64,000 nt of DNA from a bacterium. GTDB taxonomy: Bacteria > Patescibacteriota > Patescibacteriia > UBA9934 > GWF2-40-263. Below are positions 59,301 through 64,000 of this stretch, in pieces. The DNA is taken from contig JAJYIV010000001.1 of assembly GCA_021789915.1 (NCBI GenBank), forward strand, positions 375-64,374. The letters are read 5' to 3'. The notes beneath the pieces are model-generated. The model saw only the letters and a list, made by a program, of their open reading frames with translations, had not been told where the DNA came from and did not search any database. The position numbers and the translations under genes are program-made. Every line of letters begins with the position of its first letter. Positions within the stretch are counted from its first letter, which is position 1.

Positions 59301-62300
59301 AGGATCCGGAGGCGATCGTCACCGTCTGCTCGGCGAGCTGGCCGTATTGCGGCAGGAAGGAGCCGACGTTCCAGGTGCCCGCGGCGACGTAGAGCGTGTA
59401 GGCGCCCGTGGAATCGGTCTGCGCGCTGGCGCCGCCCGGCGCGTCCGTGCGGTAGGCGTACACCGTGGCTCCGCTGATGACGTTGGTGCCGTCCGTCACC
59501 TTGCCGGAGATGCTGGAAGACGGTTTGGCGATGGTGAGGGTCATGGCGGAGAAGGCCGGCGTGACGGCCGAAGCGCCGTTGATGGCGTCATTGCCGCTGC
59601 CGTCCACGACGACCGGCACGATCTGCGAAGGCGGCGCGCCGGCGAAGGAGGCGCCCACCATGAAGCTGCCCGCGGCGACGTTCAGCGTGAACGTGCCGTC
59701 GGTCGCGCTCGTCGTGTGCGTGCCCGTCCCGCCCTGCGGCGAGAAGGCGAACACGTCGGCGTTCGCCACGACCTTGGACGTGCCGGTCGTCCCGTCCTTC
59801 ACGGTGCCCTTGATCGTCTTGAGCGACGAGCCGGACGTCAGCGAAACCGCCAAGGAACCGCAGGCCGTGGCCGTGCCGTTCACCGTGCACGCGGGAGAGG
59901 CCGTGTGGTCAATCACCAGCTCCTGCGGCTTCGGCGGGAGGAAATCCATGACCGGCGCCGGCCCGAACTGGTTTCCGGCGTTCATGTGCGGCCCGACGCC
60001 CAGGTGCCAGCGTCCGTCCGTGAGATTCAGCGTGGCCGACCCGGCGCCGCTGCCGTTCAGCGGCACCTCTTTGAGGCGGAACCCTTGGGTGTTGGACGCA
60101 TTGGCGAACACGTCAAGGTCGCCGCTGTCCGGTCCGCCCGATACGGCCACCGTCACGCTCGTGCCGCCGCTCATGGACGCAAGCGTGTAGGTTTTCGTCA
60201 CGTCGCTCCCGTTGATGTTGACGTGGTCCGGGAACGTCAGGCCGACATAGGAGTTGCTGCCGGAGGTGACGGTCTGGTCGGTGGAGATGAAGTAGTCCCC
60301 CGGCGGAAGCGTGTTGAACGTGTACGACGCGGTGCCGCTCGAGAACGCCGGAGACGCGCTGAACGAGCCCGCCTGCGGAGAATTGAGGTAGACGTTCATC
60401 GTGTCGCCGTCGGCGGCGCCGGCGGCGGCGAAGCTCACGGTCAGGTTTTTGGAACCGGTCGTGGGCTGGATGTAGAACGGCGAGGACGTCAGGGACTCGA
60501 GCACGGTCGAGCCGTTCATCGTCTTGATGTCCACGGTGTAGCCGGAGGAGTTCACGTCCGCCGGCACGCTGGTGTTCTTGATGCCGGCGATATCGATCGA
60601 CAGGAAATCGTGCCCGTCGGATCCGTTCAAAGCCGTCGCGCCGGAAAGGTTCACGGTGACGGTGCGGGACGCGACGTTCACGGTGACGCCGTCATGGGCA
60701 GCGCCTCCCTGCGTGGCGGCCGCTGAATCCTCTGCGACGGACGTCCCGCCGCAGGACGCTCCGGTCGGAGCGCTCGCGGACGTGCACTTGAACGTCACCG
60801 TGCCGCCGGCCGGCCCGTCCAAATCCTTCCGCATCGGGCTGTTCACGTCCTGCTTGGCGCCCGAGACGTCGAAGCCCGCCGGGAACGTGAGGACGACGGT
60901 GCCGCCGTCGGGAATCTGCTGGGAGATCGGCAGCCGGACGCCGTAGATGGTGGTCTGCCCGGGCAGCGTGTTGAACGGCTTGACGTCCACCGGCGGGGCG
61001 AAGCCGAACGTGCCGGACGAGAAGTTCTGCGGCACGAAGGCGCCCGCCATCTGCTGATTGGTCGCCATGCCGCCGCCGAAGGCGGGCCCGAGCACGCCCT
61101 TGGTGGTTCCGCTGGCCTGAATGGGCGCGACGCCGACGTTGGACGAACCGATGGCATTGCCCGACACGTCCTTGACGCCCGTGACCGTTACGGAAATCTT
61201 CTGGCCGTCCAGCGCGGATGCGCTGAGGCCGTTGTAGCCCGCGATGCTGGCCGTCATCGACATCGGATCATACGTGACCACCGCCGTCGTCGGAATCGAG
61301 ATCGGGGTTCCCGTTCCGTCCGCGCCGTAGGTCAGCGCGTAGTTCCCCGCCTTGAGGACGCTCGCGCCGAAATTCGTCGTGTCCGTCGCCTGCGCGGCGT
61401 TCATCGGCTTGGAGAACGTGACGGCGAGATTGTAGTCGTCGGCGCCGACGAATTTCACCGCGGGCGCGGACGTGTCCGCGTCGCCCGTCGTGAAGCTGCG
61501 CGTCTGCGCCGCGATCGCCTGGCCGTTCAGCGCCGTGACGCCGGCGCCGACATTGAGCGTGTAGGTGGTGTTCGGACTGAGCGCGGAAAGCGGGAATATG
61601 TAGGCCTGCTGCTCCGTCGGATGGTACTCGACCTTCGCGTTCACGACGGAGGAGCCGATCGAGAGGTACAGGCTGCTCGACGTGATCGTCGAGGCGTCCA
61701 TGCTTTCGCTGAATCCGACGTTGACGGCCGGCAGCAGGACGGGCACGCCCGTCGCGCCGTTGTCGGGATAGGAGCCGACGATGGTCGGCGCCGCGGTGCT
61801 GCTCGTGTCGGACGTCGTGAAGTCCGACGTATAGACGACGTTCGACGCCGTATTGGCCAGCGCCATGCCGTTGGCCGCCAGCGCGCCGCCGAGGATCTTG
61901 ACGCGATAATGCGTGTTGCTCGACAGAGGGCTGAACGTGACGACCGCGTTCTTCTTGGAAGCATCGAGCGTCGCCGAAACGACTCCGTTCGTCACGCTCG
62001 TTTCCGCGCCGGAAGCGACGGTGAAGAGCTGCACGTTGCTCTTCAAGGAGTAGGAGCCGGCATCATCCGCCATCAGATCCGAGAAGTTGATGACGGCGTT
62101 CGTGTTTTTCGGCACGCCCAGGGAGCCGGAGGACGGCGTCAGGCCCGTGACGAACGGTGCCGTGTACGCGCCCTGCCCGTACGTACCGACGGTCGTCCCG
62201 CCGCTTGTGAAGGTGCCGTCCGAGTTGAACGTGGCGCCGCCGCCGCCGGTGCCGCTGAACATGTTCACGGAGGAGCCCGTCGTGAAGCCGAAGGCGTACG

Positions 62301-64000
62301 TGCCGTCCGGCTGATTGCCCTGGATGCCGTTGCCGGAGGTGTCCGTCACGCTCTTGGCGATGACGACGCCGATGTTCGCATTGTCGCCGAACGTGTTGGG
62401 GGACGTAAGAGACCACACGGCCATGTTGGCGTTGGACGGCACGCCGTCGATCCGCGTGGACGGCGCGCTGTCGTAGTAGGTCCACGTGCCATGGTCGGTG
62501 ATGGGGAGCAAGGAGCCGGACGAATTGAAGCTCTCGACGGTCAGCGCGTTGGGAGCCGTCACCGTCGCCTGGCTCATCGGCTTGTCGAAGACGACGTAGA
62601 TCTTCGCGTCCGAACTCTCCCCGGGGACATTGGTGCTGCCGTCGGTCGGTCCCGTCATCTGCACGTGCGGCTGCGAGCCGTCGCCGCCGAAGCCGCCGCC
62701 CCCGCCGTTCAACGCGAGGGCAAGGCCGCTGGAGCCGGTCGTGATGCCCTGCAGGTGCGCCGTTCCATTCCCGTTGTAGAAGGCGTCGACGTCATAGGTG
62801 CCGGGAGGCAAACTCGAAAAGCTGAAGGATCCGTCCACGCCGCCGACGGTGGCCGTCGTCGCCGAGAATCCCGTGCCGTCCAGGTAAACGGTCGCTCCGT
62901 TGACGCCGGTACCGTTGTTCGTCACGGTGCCGGAGAGAGTCGCCGAGCCGGACAAGGAGGCGGACGTCAGCTGGAAAGGCGTGTTATCCGGCTGCATGAA
63001 CGTCTTCGTGTTCGTGCCGTCGGAGGCCAACAACTCGTACCGGACGACCGTGCCGGCGGTGCTGATCGCGGATCCCGGGATCGCGTACGAGAAGTACCCG
63101 GCGCCTACGGAAGTCCCGTCGACTCTGGTCGTCGGCGGGCAGCCGCTGCCGGCGCAGTAGAGAAGCCAGGACGTCAGCGCCGGCGTCGATGTCGGCGTGG
63201 CGACGTCGTCGAATACCTGCGCGTATAGGGTGAGCGTGGCGCTGGCCGCCGCCTGGAACACCGGACGGAACTGGAAGCCCGGCGGCTGCGTGTCGGTGAC
63301 GGACGCCGTCGTGGTGAAGCCGGAGGCCGGTGTCGTTTCAAGCGCCGAGGATGACGTCGTCCAGGCGCCTGGGCCGTCGGCATAGGTTTGCACTTCCCAG
63401 TAATACGTCGTGTTCGCCGCCAATGGCATGGGCGGCGTAATCGTGCGGAACTGCCCCGCGCCGTATCCCAGGTTGCAGTTGCCCGGCGGAGCCTGGCAAT
63501 GGCTCGACGGATTCAGCCCGTATGACGGGAAGATGTAATCCCACATCGTCGAACCCGACGTGAAGGACGACGAGTTGCTGACCGTGACGCGATAGCTCGA
63601 TGGCGAAAGCGCGCTGGTCGAGAAATTGAAGCCGGGCGTGGTCTGCACGCCGGTGGCGCCGGAGGACGGCAGCTGCAGGTTCAACCCGCTGCCCGAGCCC
63701 GAGGCGAAAACACTGAAGCCGCCCGGGAGCGTGACGACTTCCGAGCCGGTCGATACTTTCACGGTATACGAACCGGCAGGCGTCGATCCACCGTTATTGA
63801 TGGAGAGGGACAGGACGAGGCTTGTCGAAGTGGTGGCGGAAGTCGGCGTGGCGACGATCGTGGTATCCGGCGTGCCGCCGGAAGCGAAACTGACGGTGCT
63901 GACTGTGCCGGAGGCGCTGAAATGCGTGTTGGATCCCGCGATGGTCACCGTCTGCGGCGACGCGGTCGTCGTGGCGACGCCATTGGGCATGACGGATTGG
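56332..64000 (-). CDS. giant Ser/Thr/Gly-rich surface protein (Ig-like and carboxypeptidase-regulatory-like repeats, FN3, two C-terminal peptidoglycan-binding domains); N-terminus outside window
   Basis: >2550 aa ORF; P.NGATGVP, FSESMD, TDSTGAYTL, GS.GDDVTALQQFL...G.FG..TR.ALKALQ twice. Confidence 0.9.
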   Translation of the reverse strand, partial: QSVMPNGVATTTASPQTVTIAGSNTHFSASGTVSTVSFASGGTPDTTIVATPTSATTSTSLVLSLSINNGGSTPAGSYTVKVSTGSEVVTLPGGFSVFASGSGSGLNLQLPSSGATGVQTTPGFNFSTSALSPSSYRVTVSNSSSFTSGSTMWDYIFPSYGLNPSSHCQAPPGNCNLGYGAGQFRTITPPMPLAANTTYYWEVQTYADGPGAWTTSSSALETTPASGFTTTASVTDTQPPGFQFRPVFQAAASATLTLYAQVFDDVATPTSTPALTSWLLYCAGSGCPPTTRVDGTSVGAGYFSYAIPGSAISTAGTVVRYELLASDGTNTKTFMQPDNTPFQLTSASLSGSATLSGTVTNNGTGVNGATVYLDGTGFSATTATVGGVDGSFSFSSLPPGTYDVDAFYNGNGTAHLQGITTGSSGLALALNGGGGGFGGDGSQPHVQMTGPTDGSTNVPGESSDAKIYVVFDKPMSQATVTAPNALTVESFNSSGSLLPITDHGTWTYYDSAPSTRIDGVPSNANMAVWSLTSPNTFGDNANIGVVIAKSVTDTSGNGIQGNQPDGTYAFGFTTGSSVNMFSGTGGGGATFNSDGTFTSGGTTVGTYGQGAYTAPFVTGLTPSSGSLGVPKNTNAVINFSDLMADDAGSYSLKSNVQLFTVASGAETSVTNGVVSATLDASKKNAVVTFSPLSSNTHYRVKILGGALAANGMALANTASNVVYTSDFTTSDTSSTAAPTIVGSYPDNGATGVPVLLPAVNVGFSESMDASTITSSSLYLSIGSSVVNAKVEYHPTEQQAYIFPLSALSPNTTYTLNVGAGVTALNGQAIAAQTRSFTTGDADTSAPAVKFVGADDYNLAVTFSKPMNAAQATDTTNFGASVLKAGNYALTYGADGTGTPISIPTTAVVTYDPMSMTASIAGYNGLSASALDGQKISVTVTGVKDVSGNAIGSSNVGVAPIQASGTTKGVLGPAFGGGMATNQQMAGAFVPQNFSSGTFGFAPPVDVKPFNTLPGQTTIYGVRLPISQQIPDGGTVVLTFPAGFDVSGAKQDVNSPMRKDLDGPAGGTVTFKCTSASAPTGASCGGTSVAEDSAAATQGGAAHDGVTVNVASRTVTVNLSGATALNGSDGHDFLSIDIAGIKNTSVPADVNSSGYTVDIKTMNGSTVLESLTSSPFYIQPTTGSKNLTVSFAAAGAADGDTMNVYLNSPQAGSFSASPAFSSGTASYTFNTLPPGDYFISTDQTVTSGSNSYVGLTFPDHVNINGSDVTKTYTLASMSGGTSVTVAVSGGPDSGDLDVFANASNTQGFRLKEVPLNGSGAGSATLNLTDGRWHLGVGPHMNAGNQFGPAPVMDFLPPKPQELVIDHTASPACTVNGTATACGSLAVSLTSGSSLKTIKGTVKDGTTGTSKVVANADVFAFSPQGGTGTHTTSATDGTFTLNVAAGSFMVGASFAGAPPSQIVPVVVDGSGNDAINGASAVTPAFSAMTLTIAKPSSSISGKVTDGTNVISGATVYAYRTDAPGGASAQTDSTGAYTLYVAAGTWNVGSFLPQYGQLAEQTVTIASGSSGQTGVNFAPSQTGTGTFVTISGSVTNGSAVPGAFVSLVGTNGTFNQAATDSSGNYSFKAPACTTSGTNCYTLTATLPGVGQLPPLAAFDASADQSGKNFAVSGSGAVTVTLTIALTGITKVPSGLVSFVSSGSGAAQQSFLRLKDVTSGNNTFTTSLPAGTYLVQADIPGMTVAASDFSGSGYAAGLLTVASSPISLTLTTPASVESVSGTVDDNAGTPAAVSNAQVAFTASDGVRTDVQTDASGNYAANLADGTYTMAVTKPGYAFAPASVTVDATHKTSAENPTLGVTLPIASDTISGTAVDGSGNPIANATVQASKLGGGFVSAQTDSTGAYTLHVTDGTWKVSGSADGYQSSALSSLVTTSGSAPSATGNTVTLSSTVSATSPASMPFAPASGGVLKDASADASLVINGGAYGSSTSSGSVKSDETSGVLSTGTATVLKSAIGSSTVPSAVDITAKDSDNNSLDAMPSGTGTVEKTFTSSDLSASGINTKTAADALKMSYQDDASGDWTTLPSAVIYKDASGGILDGSSGKTVDANLGNVGSITIAAVTDHLSTYAPTSGDTGSLSAPTLATPTTTGSTQVNLSWGAITGASGYDIYRSTSPTGTFSRVGSEPTVSSGATTTYADTTVVGGTTYYYEITSMNGSAESAASASASVRTPSSGGASGGGGGYVAPATDSCTVSMPAAGASLTEGAAQSIVWTSSGSDIHDVLLSYSADGSAYTLIASAGVANTGSYAWTVPSAATSSARVKIECRDASGVTQATGISGVFSIVAAAAATTPATPATPATPATPATSTTPATPATPATPATPAQPVAKALHAYLKNLAVGSTGDDVTALQQFLVAKGLLKMPKGVAFGRFGALTRDALKALQAGWRLPVTGALDAATRTALNPKAAAAAPAAPPASPVAKAVHAYLKNLAVGSKGDDVTALQQFLVAKHLLTIPKGIAYGYFGGATRAALKALQAGWRLPVTGALDAATRTALNPKS

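Noticed and set aside
54730-60726. 1998 aa plus-strand ORF, and similar long ORFs at 25886-29698, 32511-35399 and 44250-47528
   Set aside because: Antisense shadows of real genes, expected in high-GC DNA; no motifs

Overview
High-GC bacterial chromosomal segment. Gene content (baseplate-J-like gene beside dnaE, DUF5667-like protein, dUTPase variant, giant peptidoglycan-binding surface protein) suggests a Patescibacteria/CPR lineage; this is inference. Housekeeping genes include the gyrB end, secE-nusG-rplK-rplA, gatB, miaA/miaB, thrS with a Thr T-box, dnaE, pheS/pheT, rseP, hisS, tRNA-His and lemA, plus a glycosyltransferase block, an S8 protease and a >2500 aa surface protein. Best candidate for a new system is the pyrimidine cluster at 5.5-10.7 kb. 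Its thymidylate synthase homologue has Asp at the Asn177 specificity site (the dCMP-type residue). Its Dcd-like protein lacks the deaminase Glu, and a dCMP-deaminase/DNPH1-like fusion, DHFR, dUTPase and Tmk lie alongside. Together these suggest dTMP synthesis through 5-methyl-dCMP rather than dUMP. Other notable items are a non-canonical tRNA-like RNA whose leader is complementary to its own anticodon arm, a tRNA-His lacking G-1 with A73 next to an atypical HisRS and an orphan histidine ammonia-lyase cluster, and several families of REP-like palindromes, many inserted in-frame in essential genes or supplying their stop codons. All assignments come from reading motifs by eye; no database searches were run and novelty against the literature was not checked.
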